From Candidatus Nitrospinota bacterium M3_3B_026 (GTDB lineage: Bacteria > Nitrospinota_A > UBA7883 > JBPRGF01): DNA of 64,000 nt. The DNA is taken from assembly GCA_051418015.1 (NCBI GenBank), contig JBPRGF010000003.1:128001-192000 (forward strand), given 5' to 3'. Below the pieces are notes generated by a model. That model was not told where the DNA came from. It did not search any database and worked only from the letters and a program-made list of their open reading frames with translations. A program made the translations under genes and the position numbers. How positions within the stretch are numbered: the stretch's first letter is position 1; every line of letters starts with the position of its first letter. Shown here one piece after another: positions 21,468-31,687 of this stretch.

Positions 21468-22385
21468 ATGACGATAAACCTGGAGAACACCGTCGCCGGG
21501 ATAAGGCTGAAAAACCCGATCATCGGCGCGTCGGGGACTTTCGGCTACGGCCTCGCCTACCAGCGGTTCTACGACCTTTCGGCCATCGGGGGGTTCGTCA
21601 CCAAGGGCCTCTCGCTGGAGCCCAGGAGCGGAAACCCCACCCCCAGGATATGCGAAACCCCCGCGGGGATGCTGAACGCCGTGGGGCTGCAGAACATCGG
21701 GCTGGACGAGTTCACGAGAAAAAAGCTGCCGAAGCTCAAGGAGATCGACACGGCTGTGATCGTCAACTTTTTCGGCGACACCGTCGAGGAATACGCCGGG
21801 ATGGCCGAGCGGCTCGACGAGCTGGAGGGGATCGACGGGCTGGAGATGAACATATCCTGCCCGAACGTAAAGGAGGGGGGCGTGGTCTTCGGCTCGGACA
21901 CGAAGATCACCGCGGAGGTTGTCCGGGCCTGCCGGGCCAGGACGAAAAAACCGCTGATCGTGAAGCTCTCCCCCAACGTGGCGGACATAGCTGAGTTCGC
22001 CAGAGTCTGCGAGGCCGAGGGGGCGGACGCCCTGAGCGTCATGAACACCATCCTTGGGATGGCCATAGACATCCGCGCCCGGCGGCCCATCCTGAGCAGG
22101 AGGGTGGGGGGGCTCTCCGGCCCGGCCATAAAACCAATCGCCTTGCGCATGGTGTGGCAGTGCCACGAGGCGGTGAAAATCCCCATCTTCGGGATCGGGG
22201 GGATAGCGGACGCGGAGGATGTCGTGGAGTTTCTTCTGGCCGGGGCGTCGGCGACGCAGGTGGGCTCGATGAACTTCGTGGAGCCGATGATCCTGAAAAA
22301 CCTGGCCGAGGAACTGCCGGACCTTCTCTATTCCCTGGGCGTCTCCGACTACCGGGAGCTCATCGGCGCCGCCCACGGGGCGTAA
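21468..22385 (+). CDS. pyrD: Dihydroorotate dehydrogenase B, catalytic subunit
   Basis: ASGTFGYG, NAVGLQN, NISCPNV, VKLSPN, GGLSGPAIKP. Confidence 0.95.
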   Translation: MTINLENTVAGIRLKNPIIGASGTFGYGLAYQRFYDLSAIGGFVTKGLSLEPRSGNPTPRICETPAGMLNAVGLQNIGLDEFTRKKLPKLKEIDTAVIVNFFGDTVEEYAGMAERLDELEGIDGLEMNISCPNVKEGGVVFGSDTKITAEVVRACRARTKKPLIVKLSPNVADIAEFARVCEAEGADALSVMNTILGMAIDIRARRPILSRRVGGLSGPAIKPIALRMVWQCHEAVKIPIFGIGGIADAEDVVEFLLAGASATQVGSMNFVEPMILKNLAEELPDLLYSLGVSDYRELIGAAHGA

Positions 22386-22706
22386 AGCGCGGGGGCCTGT
22401 CTATCGGTTAAAATCAACTCCCCGCCCGCCGGTTCGCGGCGGAAGCGGGCGCTGACGGATTCTGCGTAAAACCGCCCGGCCATTCTTTCAGACTTTCCGG
22501 ACGGTTAAACGTGGTGTCCAGTGAAACGCCGCCGCCTGAAACCGCCCGAAAACCGCCGCCCGCTAATGGGGAGAAGGGCGAAGCGGCCGAAGCGAGGTCC
22601 GCGGCAAACGCATCCTGGGGAGACAACATCTTCAACGTCATGCCACTATATTCGGGATTTGGCGAGGATCGCTTTAGGGTTTTTTTTGCCCGCCGCGCCC
22701 TGGGCG

Positions 22707-22734
22707 AAAAAAAACGGCGCCCCGCAGGGCGCCG
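22707..22734 (-). terminator. Intrinsic terminator downstream of the HtrA gene
   Basis: CGGCGCCC-4 nt-GGGCGCCG followed by an 8-U tract on the minus strand. Confidence 0.75.
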
Positions 22735-22758
22735 CTCACACCCGCCGTATCCGGCGGA

Positions 22759-24240
22759 TCACTTCTTCTCGGGTATCTTTATCGCGAGGAAGCTGGAGCT
22801 GTCGCCGCGCCGCAGCAGCATGAGAACGACGTCCCCCGGCTTGGCCGCGGAGAGGACTTCCCTGTAGGTCTCGATATTCTCGACGGGCTTGCGGTTCAGC
22901 TCGGTGATGACATCGCCGGGGCGAATCCCCGCCAGGGCGGCCGGGCTGCCCGGCGCCACGGAGGTGACCACCACCCCCGGGCCCGTCTCCAGGTCGAACC
23001 GCTGAGCCAGCTCCGGCGTGATGTCGCTTGCCCTCAGCCCCAGCGTCTCCTCGCCGATGGAGGGCTTGCCGGGGGCGGGCGCGCCGGTGTCCGGCATCTG
23101 GCCAAGCTCCACGGTCAATGATACCGTCTCGTCGCCTCTTATGACCACGATCTTCACCTTCGCCCCCGGCTTCTCGAAGCCCACCATCCGCGGAAGCTGC
23201 ATGGCGCTAGGCACCTCTTCGCCGTTGAACTCGATGATGACGTCGCCGGTCTTCATCCCCGCCTTGTCGGCGGGGGAGCCTTTGAACACCTCGCTGACAA
23301 GCGCCCCCATCGGCTTCTCGAGGCCGAGGGCTTTCATCAGCTCCTCGGTTATCGTCTGTATCTTCACGCCCAGCCATCCGCGCTGGACCTTGCCTTTTTT
23401 CAGGTCCTCGTAGATGGCCTTGACCTCGTTCACGGGGATGGCGAAGCCTATCCCGATGTTCCCCTGGGACATGCCGCCGGTGAAGATGGCCGAATTTATC
23501 CCCACGACCCTGCCGTTGGTGTCGAGAAGCGGCCCGCCGGAATTACCGGGATTGATGGAAGCGTCGGTCTGGATGAAATTGTCGTAAAGACCGGCGCCTA
23601 TCACCCTGCCCTTGGCGGAGATCACGCCCACCGTCACCGTCTGGGACAGCCCGAAGGGGTTGCCGATGGCCATCACCCATTCCCCGACGTCAAGCGTGTC
23701 GGAGTCGCCGAACTCCAGGGTGGGAAGGTCATGCTCGGGCTTTATTTTTATCAGCGCTATGTCTATCTTGGGGTCGGCGGCGACAAGCTCGGCCTCGTAT
23801 TCCTTCGCCGGAACGCCCGTCGAGCCGTCGCCGAAGGTCACGACGATCTCGACCGCCTGTTCGACGACGTGGTTGTTCGTGAGGATGTAGCCCTCCTCTT
23901 CCACGACGAACCCGGACCCCAGGCTCTGCCGGGTGCGCTCCTGGGGCATCTCGCGGAACCAGGGGAAAAACCTCTCGTAAAACTCCTTCATCTGCTCGTC
24001 GCCGAATATCCCCGCCTCCACTTTCTGTGTGGTGGATATGTTGACCACGGCGGGAGTCTTCTCCTTGGCTATCTTGACGAAAACGTTGGCCGGGTCGGGG
24101 CTTGCGGCGTGGGCGGACGGGGCGAACTGGCCTCCGGAAGAACGCGAAGATGAGGAAAAATGGGCGCCGACGGCCGCGCCGGCCAGGACGAGGCCGAGAC
24201 CCAGGGAAAACCACCTCACTCTTTTCGCGAAATCACTCAC
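22759..24240 (-). CDS. HtrA/DegP/DegQ (Do) serine protease with two PDZ domains; start uncertain
   Basis: GSGF, TNNHVV, DIAL, TDASINPGNSGGPL. Confidence 0.93.
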   Translation of the reverse strand: MSDFAKRVRWFSLGLGLVLAGAAVGAHFSSSSRSSGGQFAPSAHAASPDPANVFVKIAKEKTPAVVNISTTQKVEAGIFGDEQMKEFYERFFPWFREMPQERTRQSLGSGFVVEEEGYILTNNHVVEQAVEIVVTFGDGSTGVPAKEYEAELVAADPKIDIALIKIKPEHDLPTLEFGDSDTLDVGEWVMAIGNPFGLSQTVTVGVISAKGRVIGAGLYDNFIQTDASINPGNSGGPLLDTNGRVVGINSAIFTGGMSQGNIGIGFAIPVNEVKAIYEDLKKGKVQRGWLGVKIQTITEELMKALGLEKPMGALVSEVFKGSPADKAGMKTGDVIIEFNGEEVPSAMQLPRMVGFEKPGAKVKIVVIRGDETVSLTVELGQMPDTGAPAPGKPSIGEETLGLRASDITPELAQRFDLETGPGVVVTSVAPGSPAALAGIRPGDVITELNRKPVENIETYREVLSAAKPGDVVLMLLRRGDSSSFLAIKIPEKK

Positions 24241-24511
24241 CTTCTTATACCCCCTTGATCCAATCCGGCATGAGCCTGGCATGCTGAAATCATAAAGCGA
24301 ATCATCAATCCTCAAAAAAAGAAATTATAACACATACAAATATAAGACCAAACTTCACCGATAAAAAGGCGGCGCGGCGGGCACAGCGCGTTTTTCGACT
24401 TTTTCCCGTTCTCCTTTTCCTTCACATTTTTCAGGAGCCCTTCCGCCACGGCCCGAAAAATTCTACATTCACACCGGCGCGGCAGGATAAAAGAGCGCGA
24501 AGGAGGAAAGG

Positions 24512-25777
24512 ATGAGCCCGCAACCGCCGGTGATAGTCGTCCCCGGGATAAAGGGGACATCCCTGGCCGATCATTACCATCTGCCGCCGGAGGACGTCTG
24601 GCGGCCGGTTTTCCAGGAAGGTTTTATGGACATCGCCCATCGGGCGAGCTTGCGGCGGATAGCCCTCCACCCGGATAACCGGCGGCGCGAGGCGATGGAG
24701 CCGGCCAGGGTGCTGCCCGGCGCCATCCACGAGTTCGTCTATGGCGAGTTGGTCGAAGAGCTGCGCCACGAGCTGGCCGAGGAGGAGCCGCATCCTGTCT
24801 TCCCATTCGCCTATGACTGGCGCGAGGATATTTCGGTATCCGCCGACCGGCTGGCCCTGTTCGCCGGGGAGGTGGCCGAGCGGGTGGGGCTGATGCGGGG
24901 GGAGCACCGGGGGTACGCCGGGCCGGTGGATATCGTCTGCCACTCGATGGGCGGCCTCGTGGCGGCGGACTGCGTCCATCGCCACGGAGAAAGCGGCCTT
25001 TTCAGGAAGGTGGTTTCGCTGGGGACACCCTTCAAAGGCTCCGTTGAAGCGGTGTGGAAGCTGACCACCGGCCGGGCCTCGCAGTGGATGCGCGGCCCCG
25101 CCCGGGAGCGGGCCGCCAGCAGGACCATCCCCTCCGTATACCAGCTCCTGCCAAGCTACCGGGGGGCTGTTGTATCGAAGGAGGCGGCTCTTCGCGATCT
25201 TTTCAAGACATCCGCCTGGCAGAGGAGCGTCATAAACTCACTGCGCGATTTCATAAAAGAATACGAGGCGCGGGCGCGGCCCGAAGAGCTCCTGGAAAGC
25301 TTTTTGAACCGCGCAAGGAGGCTCCGCGGACGGGTCAACTCGAAAAGGGTCATGGAGCGGCTCGCGGCGGCCGGGGGCGGGTGGCTCGCCATCGTGGGGA
25401 TAGACTGCGACACTTACGTCAACATAAAATCCGCCCGCGAGAACGGCGGCGTCCGCTTCATCCAGACGGGGCGCGAAAACGGCTACGCCTCCGACCCGGC
25501 CAGCCGCCTGACCGGCGACAACACCGTCCCCTTCGGCGGCGCGGCGCCGGGCTTTCTGAAAATCGAAAACCTGGTCTGTGTGACGAAGGAGGATTTCGGT
25601 TTTTTCGAGTTCGAAAAGCTCCTGGACCTGCACACAGCCCTGCCGAGGATGGACCTGGCCCAGCGGATGGCCATAAAATTCCTGAAAAACAAACCTTTTT
25701 ACCTGCCCGAGGGCGGCCGTCCCGCGCCGGGGATACCGAGGGAGCGATGGGAGCCGCCGATCGGTTTCGACTCGTGA
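24512..25777 (+). CDS. Alpha/beta hydrolase, LCAT/PGAP1-like lipase or acyltransferase
   Basis: VPGIKGT, FAYDWR, CHSMGG nucleophile elbow, GTPFKGS, GDNTVP. Confidence 0.8.
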   Translation: MSPQPPVIVVPGIKGTSLADHYHLPPEDVWRPVFQEGFMDIAHRASLRRIALHPDNRRREAMEPARVLPGAIHEFVYGELVEELRHELAEEEPHPVFPFAYDWREDISVSADRLALFAGEVAERVGLMRGEHRGYAGPVDIVCHSMGGLVAADCVHRHGESGLFRKVVSLGTPFKGSVEAVWKLTTGRASQWMRGPARERAASRTIPSVYQLLPSYRGAVVSKEAALRDLFKTSAWQRSVINSLRDFIKEYEARARPEELLESFLNRARRLRGRVNSKRVMERLAAAGGGWLAIVGIDCDTYVNIKSARENGGVRFIQTGRENGYASDPASRLTGDNTVPFGGAAPGFLKIENLVCVTKEDFGFFEFEKLLDLHTALPRMDLAQRMAIKFLKNKPFYLPEGGRPAPGIPRERWEPPIGFDS

Positions 25778-25869
25778 CGGGCCTCCTGGAAAGCTTGTCC
25801 GCGGGAGGGAGGGCGCGTAATATATTAACTGCATAGCGCTAAAAATTTTTCAGATAGGAGACGGGAACG

Positions 25870-26367
25870 ATGCCGAGCACGCATGAGAACCTCCAGACAG
25901 CATTCGCCGGAGAGAGCCAGGCCAACCGCAAATACTCCGCCTTCGCCGAAGCCGCGGACAAGGACGGTTTCCCCAATATCGCAAAGCTTTTCCGGGCGAC
26001 GGCCCAGGCCGAGACGTTCCACGCCAAGGGGCATTTGAAGAACATGGGCGGAATAAAAACCACCGCCGAAAACCTGCAGACCGCCATAGCGGGGGAGACC
26101 TACGAGTTCACGGAGATGTATCCCCCGATGCTCGAACAGGCCGAGGCGGAAGGGCATAAGTCCAGGACAATGTTCAAGTGGGCGCTGGAGGCCGAAAAAG
26201 TCCACGCCGCCCTGTACACCAAGGCGCTCGAGGCCGCCAAGGCCGGAAAAGACATCGACGTGGAGGTCTACCTCTGCCCCAGTTGCGGACACATAGAGTT
26301 CGGCAGGCCGAGCGAGAAGTGCCCCATCTGCGGCGCCGCGCCGGAGAAATATCTGAAGATAGACTGA
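25870..26367 (+). CDS. rbr: Rubrerythrin
   Basis: AFAGESQANRKY, ExxH pairs, CPSCG..CPICG. Confidence 0.92.
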   Translation: MPSTHENLQTAFAGESQANRKYSAFAEAADKDGFPNIAKLFRATAQAETFHAKGHLKNMGGIKTTAENLQTAIAGETYEFTEMYPPMLEQAEAEGHKSRTMFKWALEAEKVHAALYTKALEAAKAGKDIDVEVYLCPSCGHIEFGRPSEKCPICGAAPEKYLKID

Positions 26368-26414
26368 CCCGCGGGGAGGGAGGCATTGGGATGATGGCGA
26401 TCAGCCCCGCGGCG

Positions 26415-26464
26415 CGGGGCGCCTGGCGCAGAGCGGCTCTGTGGAGGCGGCGCCCCGTGTTTTT
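26415..26464 (+). terminator. Possible terminator after rubrerythrin
   Basis: CGGGGCGCC...GGCGCCCCG stem followed by TGTTTTT. Confidence 0.45.
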
Positions 26465-26497
26465 CATTGCGGTGGCGGGACTCTCCCCGGCTTCCGA

Positions 26498-27193
26498 ATG
26501 AAAGGCGCCGCGTCCGGATTCGGTGCCTTTTTTCGCGCGTTGAGGAGAACCTTGGGGCGGGCGCTTTTCAACCCCGAGTCTTACTGGAAGACGAGGCATT
26601 CCAGGGATGAGCTCGGCATCAGGAAGGTCGGGAACATATGCAAATCCCGGGATGAAAACGTCACCGAGTACCGGCGAGCGCAGGGCCAGATGGCGAACTA
26701 CCTGGAAGACGACGTCGGGGACATCTCAAAAGCCTCCATCCTGGACCTGGGTTTCGGCATGGGACACTACGCTGGCCTTGCCCGTAGGCTCGGCGCCGCC
26801 TTCTATCACGGCTTGGACTTCGCCTCCAAAGATATCGACGCCCTGACAGGGAAATACTCTGGCCTTAAATTCGAAAATAGGGACATCTGCGAGCCGGGGC
26901 TGGATCTCGGCCGGAAGTACGACGTGATTTTGTTGATCGACGTCGCTTACCATATCGTCGATGAGCGCAAATTCAGGTCGTTGATAGATAACGTCAGAAG
27001 ACACGTCAGGGCGAGATCGGTGATATACGTGACCGGCCGGTTCAAGAACGGAACTCCGACCGCCGCTCACGTTTCCCATCGCGAGCTTTCGCGATTCGAG
27101 GGACTGACAAGCCTGGGAACGGTGAAAGGGCCGGAGCGCTGGAGGGACAACTCGATCGTTCGAATAATCGTCGAAAACGCGCCGGGCCTTTGA
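26498..27193 (+). CDS. Class I SAM-dependent methyltransferase
   Basis: SILDLGFGMG motif I, GLDF, YDVILLIDVAYHI. Confidence 0.8.
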   Translation: MKGAASGFGAFFRALRRTLGRALFNPESYWKTRHSRDELGIRKVGNICKSRDENVTEYRRAQGQMANYLEDDVGDISKASILDLGFGMGHYAGLARRLGAAFYHGLDFASKDIDALTGKYSGLKFENRDICEPGLDLGRKYDVILLIDVAYHIVDERKFRSLIDNVRRHVRARSVIYVTGRFKNGTPTAAHVSHRELSRFEGLTSLGTVKGPERWRDNSIVRIIVENAPGL

Positions 27194-27216
27194 CGGGACG
27201 ATGCCGCGCCGGTCCC

Positions 27217-27387
27217 TTAATCCTCCTCCTTCTCCTCCTCCATATCCCCTGTGTCGATGTCGTAGATGGGGTGCAGATGCTCGGCCTGTTCGTCCTGGAG
27301 TTTCAGCACGCGGCGCATGCAGTAGAAGGCCAGGGAGACGATGAAAACCCAGCTCAGACCCATCATCAGCCAGCCGCCGACGGTCAT
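27217..27387 (-). CDS. 56-aa single-TM protein, MetS-like small subunit of the NSS transporter
   Basis: MTVGGWLMMGLSWVFIVSLAFYCMRRVLKLQDEQAEHLHPIYDIDTGDMEEEKEED; ATGA overlap with the transporter stop. Confidence 0.75.
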   Translation of the reverse strand: MTVGGWLMMGLSWVFIVSLAFYCMRRVLKLQDEQAEHLHPIYDIDTGDMEEEKEED

Positions 27388-28934
27388 CGCGCCTTCTCCG
27401 GTTTGCTGTTTCCCCGCCAGACATACTCCACGGCGATTATAAGCCCCAGGATGAAAAGCCCCATTCCGATCATCGTCCCCAGGGCGTATGGGAACTTCTC
27501 GGCGGAGACCCCGCGCAGAAGGAGGTTGTCCAGCCCGTCCTGGTAGAACCAGTAGCCGAGGATGATGAGCAGGTAGGCGGGCGTCACGTATTTTATGATG
27601 AACTTGAAAACGGCGGGGACGCGTATGTCCGCTCCCTGGTGGAGCTTTTCAAAGCCCTTGTCTATGCCGAATATCCAGCCGAAGATGATGACCTCGCCGG
27701 TGGCGAACAGCACTATGGCGAAAGTGCCCGCCCAGAAGTCCATCATGTCCAGCACTCCCTTGTCGATGAACAGGATCGCGGGCTGTATGGCGAGGAAGGA
27801 TAAAAACCCGAGGATGGCCACGGACCGGCGCCTGCTCATCCCGAACTCGTCCTCCAGGAAGGCGATCCCCGGCTGGAGCATGGATATGGAGCTTGTGATC
27901 CCCGCCAGGAAAAGGAGGAAAAACCACATGAAGGCCAGAACGCCCGTAAAAGGCATCTTGGAGAAGACCAGCGGCATCGTCACGAACCCCAGGTCGAACG
28001 CGCCGCCGTGGGCTATCTCCTCTATCCCCACCGGGCCGAAGAAGACGAAAGCCGCCGGGATGGCTATCGACGCGCCGATTATCACCTCCACGGTCTCGTT
28101 TATGGATATCGACGTCAGGCCGGAAAGCGCCACGTCGTCGTCCTTCTTCAGGTAGCTGGCGTAGGTGATGATGAGCCCGAGGCCGACCGATGTGGTGAAA
28201 AATATCTGACCAGCCGCCGCGAGCCACACCTTGGCGTCGGCCAGCTGGGAAAAGTCCGGATTCCACAAAAACCCGAGCCCGTTGGCCACGTTCCAGTCCG
28301 GCAGCCTCGGGTCCGGCGCGCCGAGGGTGAGGACGCGGAACATGATGATCAGCCCCAGCGTCACCAGGATGGGCATGGCGATCTTGCTTATCACCTCGAT
28401 GCCCTTGACCAGGCCCCGGTAGATGAAAAACAGGTTTATGGCGAAAGTTATCAGGAAGAAGGTATAGGCGGGCCCCAGGCCGGTGAACCAGCTGTTTTCC
28501 TCCAGGCCCTGGTAGCCCGTCAGAAACTCCTTCATCTGCCCCATGTTGGCCGCGTCGGTCAGGTCGCCCTTCAGCGCGTACCAGGAGAAGGCAAGGCACC
28601 ACGACTCGATATAGACATAGTAGAAATTTATCATCAGGGGGATAAAAATTCCCAGAACCCCGAAATACCTCGCCGCGCGGTGGTTCCAGAAGACGTTCAG
28701 TATCCCCGGCCCGGAGCCATGCCCCCTGCCGCCCGCGGCCCGGCCCATGGTCCATTCCACCCAGCAAAGGGGGATGCCGAGCAAAAAGAGGGCGATTATG
28801 TACGGGATCATGAAAGCGCCGCCGCCGTTCTGCGCGGCCTGGACGGGAAACCGCAGGAAATTGCCGAGCCCCACCGCCGAGCCCGCCACGGCCAGGATGA
28901 TGCCCAGCCTCGTGCCCCAGTTTTCTCGCGGCAT
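27384..28934 (-). CDS. Sodium-dependent transporter, NSS (LeuT-like) family
   Basis: RENW, GSAVGLGNFLRFP, NGGGAFMIPY, AAGQIFF, AGITSSIS. Confidence 0.95.
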   Translation of the reverse strand: MPRENWGTRLGIILAVAGSAVGLGNFLRFPVQAAQNGGGAFMIPYIIALFLLGIPLCWVEWTMGRAAGGRGHGSGPGILNVFWNHRAARYFGVLGIFIPLMINFYYVYIESWCLAFSWYALKGDLTDAANMGQMKEFLTGYQGLEENSWFTGLGPAYTFFLITFAINLFFIYRGLVKGIEVISKIAMPILVTLGLIIMFRVLTLGAPDPRLPDWNVANGLGFLWNPDFSQLADAKVWLAAAGQIFFTTSVGLGLIITYASYLKKDDDVALSGLTSISINETVEVIIGASIAIPAAFVFFGPVGIEEIAHGGAFDLGFVTMPLVFSKMPFTGVLAFMWFFLLFLAGITSSISMLQPGIAFLEDEFGMSRRRSVAILGFLSFLAIQPAILFIDKGVLDMMDFWAGTFAIVLFATGEVIIFGWIFGIDKGFEKLHQGADIRVPAVFKFIIKYVTPAYLLIILGYWFYQDGLDNLLLRGVSAEKFPYALGTMIGMGLFILGLIIAVEYVWRGNSKPEKAR

Positions 28935-29131
28935 TTTACTAAGTTACGGTTTTAAATAGGATTTCCGGGAATAAAAGCCATGATTCGGGCTAATCTATCA
29001 TTTCCCCCGAAAGAGCGCAAGAACACCGGGGCGTGGTAACACGCCGGATCTTGCGCCAGGCGGAGAAAAGGGCTCTCCGGGCATGAATCTTCTTTTGGGT
29101 GAGGAGCGGAAGGGCGGTTGCCGCGCGGCGT

Positions 29132-30238
29132 CTAGTAGCCGAACATCTTCTCGCGGATCCAGACCGACGTCCACGCCCCGAGCAGTATAAAAGTGATGGT
29201 GATGACCCCGCCGAGGCCGAAGACGGAGCAGCCGGTAAGCCCCTGGCCGATGTTGCAGCCTATGGAGATGATGGCGCCGTAGCCCATCAGGAGGCCCCCC
29301 ACGAGGTGGCTGAGGAAGGCGCTCTTGTTCGCCGGGACAACCCAGTGGAACGACCTTGTCACCATCGCGGCGATGAACGAGCCGAGCAGGACGCCGATCA
29401 CCGTCGCCACGCCGAAGCTGAGCTCCGAGCCGGTGGCGGTCTTTATGTAGTCGAAAAAGTCCGCGTTGGGCTTGGCGAAGGTGAGGCTGGTGGGGCGGAA
29501 GCTGTTGACCACCGTCGTGTCCATGGCCAGGAACTCGTCGGCCTGGATCATCGCCGCCGCTTTGCCGGTGGCGTACCACCCGGCGACGATCAGAAGCCCG
29601 ACGGCCAGCCCCGTGAGGGGCCATTTCCGCCCGATGAAGTCGTCCTTTTTCGCCGAGACGGTAAACCACACCGCAAGGAACAGGGCGAAAACGCCGATGA
29701 TGACCCAGGGGTTGACGCCGATGAGGTCCGGTATCCGCGAGGTCGGCAGGGCGACGGCCAGCTTCCTGTAGACATACTCGTTGGTGTAGGCCAGGTGCCC
29801 CGCGAGAGCCGACCCGGCGGTCAGGTTGAACGCGAAGACGCTGACCAGCGCCCCCAGGTGCCCCTCGCCGGTCCTGACAAGTATCCGGGAGGCGCATCCC
29901 CCGGCGAAGACTATGCCGATCCCGAAGATGTATCCCCCCACGATGAACCCGAGCCACGGGAAGTTCTTGGGAAGGTAGATGGAGTTTTCCGGGTGGACCA
30001 TGCCAAGGTCGGTCAGAAACTGCGTCCCGGCCAGGGCCACCAGCAGGGCCACCATGTACGCCTTGAACTGCAGGAAGGAGCCGAATATCTTTATGCTGGT
30101 GAAACAGTTGGACATGCAGAAGTTCGTCCTCTGGATCAGCGCGCCGAGCAACGCGCCGATCAGCAGGCCGCTCCACGTAAGGTAGGACTGCGCCTGCGGG
30201 ATGATGTCCCCTTCCACCTTCTTCCCCTTTGCTCCCAA
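29132..30238 (-). CDS. YeeE/YedE family sulfur-compound transporter
   Basis: QRTNFC, GIVFAGGCAS, GCNIGQG conserved Cys motifs; multiple TM helices. Confidence 0.85.
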   Translation of the reverse strand: MGAKGKKVEGDIIPQAQSYLTWSGLLIGALLGALIQRTNFCMSNCFTSIKIFGSFLQFKAYMVALLVALAGTQFLTDLGMVHPENSIYLPKNFPWLGFIVGGYIFGIGIVFAGGCASRILVRTGEGHLGALVSVFAFNLTAGSALAGHLAYTNEYVYRKLAVALPTSRIPDLIGVNPWVIIGVFALFLAVWFTVSAKKDDFIGRKWPLTGLAVGLLIVAGWYATGKAAAMIQADEFLAMDTTVVNSFRPTSLTFAKPNADFFDYIKTATGSELSFGVATVIGVLLGSFIAAMVTRSFHWVVPANKSAFLSHLVGGLLMGYGAIISIGCNIGQGLTGCSVFGLGGVITITFILLGAWTSVWIREKMFGY

Positions 30239-30422
30239 GGCCCTCAGGCTTCACCCAGGGCGTGTTTTCATGGATTGAGAAAAGGCGCGTCCTCCCCGCC
30301 CCAGGGGAGGCGCGCGGCGCCGCTCTCGCGCGCCTTTTTAAGGATGATTTTCCGCCGGAATGGATTCACCCGAAAACAGCAAAAACAGCCCGGATCAAAA
30401 GGACAGGCCGCGCAGGCGGAGG

Positions 30423-31490
30423 TCAGGACTCCGCCTGCGCCATCCGGTTGTAGAAGGCGACCCCCTCCACGCTGACAGGCAGGCGGGTGAACTTTTTGCC
30501 CGCGGGCAGACAGGCGTTTATTTTCTCGAAAAGCGCCGGGCCTTTCAGGGCGCCCTCCTCCACGATGTCCTCCACGCCGGACTCGGTCCGTATGACCCAT
30601 CGCCCTCTTTCCACCTCGTCCAGCCGCGCGCCTGTATACCTGGCGATGGTTCTCGAGATGGAGCCCATCCCCGCGTCCTCGGCGACCCACACCAGCCCCT
30701 TCTGGAACTGGCGTCTTTTCTCTTTCGGCACCGGGTAGGCGCTGTATATCTTGTCCAGCCATTCCCGCAACTCGGCGGGGCTTGGCGCGGCGGCCGCCTC
30801 CCTCTCGCCGCCCTCGGCGGGCAGGGCGGCTATGGCGCTTGTCCTGTCCTCTCCAGCGGCGGCCTGCTGGAGTTTTTTGTAATTCTCGGCGAAAAACTCC
30901 GTGAACTCCTCCGGCGGTATGGGCCCGTCCTTCTCCGCCTCCCGCACCTCCAGCTTGTGCCTGCGGAAAAGCTGGTCGATCCTCAGGTGGGGATAGTTGA
31001 AAAGCGGCATCCCCCGGGGCCTGGGGGGGGCGTTCACCTCGCGGTTCGCGGAGCTGGAGGTTATCACCCTTCCGTCCGAGTAACGGGTTATGAGGCTCGT
31101 CCATGTTTCGCCGCCGGGGGCCAGGTAGACAACGCCCACGAGGGAGAACTCGGGATGAGTATAGGCGCGGATGGCGTATCCGGGCATCCTCTCGATCGTG
31201 AAATCGCCGACAAGGGACATCCCGTTCTGTTCGGCGAGGACCTGGTGTATATCGTCCATCTCCTCCCCGCCTTCGAGGGGGTTTTCCTCTTCGTCCGTTA
31301 TCGGCGCGAGGTCGATCTTCTCCGGCGGCGCGGGCGGCGCGGGGCGGCGGGGCGCTTTGCCCCTTTCCTCTTTCAGGACCTGCTCCTGGGCGCCTATGAG
31401 CGCCTGGACCAGCCTGTACACGATAAAAAACAACACTCCTAGGAGAATCAGCGCTCCCAGGGGGCTTACGGTGTTCATCTCTGCCATCAT
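30423..31490 (-). CDS. Hypothetical protein with an N-terminal membrane anchor
   Basis: Long ORF with host-like codon usage; one TM helix then a soluble region. Confidence 0.65.
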   Translation of the reverse strand: MMAEMNTVSPLGALILLGVLFFIVYRLVQALIGAQEQVLKEERGKAPRRPAPPAPPEKIDLAPITDEEENPLEGGEEMDDIHQVLAEQNGMSLVGDFTIERMPGYAIRAYTHPEFSLVGVVYLAPGGETWTSLITRYSDGRVITSSSANREVNAPPRPRGMPLFNYPHLRIDQLFRRHKLEVREAEKDGPIPPEEFTEFFAENYKKLQQAAAGEDRTSAIAALPAEGGEREAAAAPSPAELREWLDKIYSAYPVPKEKRRQFQKGLVWVAEDAGMGSISRTIARYTGARLDEVERGRWVIRTESGVEDIVEEGALKGPALFEKINACLPAGKKFTRLPVSVEGVAFYNRMAQAES

Positions 31491-31687
31491 ATCAAAAATA
31501 AAAAATCGGCGCCCCGCCATGTCAACCCGGACGGGGCCGCGGGCGCGTTCATAGGGGGTTCGCATGGCTGGCGGTGTTCGCTGTATTGTGGCCCTGAGCC
31601 TTCAGACGAAGGACCGTTCCGCTGGTTATGCAAAACTCTCACCGGCCAAGGAGGGGCGCCTGCTCCGCCGCCGGGGGGGGCGAAAAG

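Noticed and set aside
22414..22641. 75-aa ORF or ncRNA between pyrD and the HtrA terminator
   Set aside because: No RBS, no motif and no RNA family that I can recognise.
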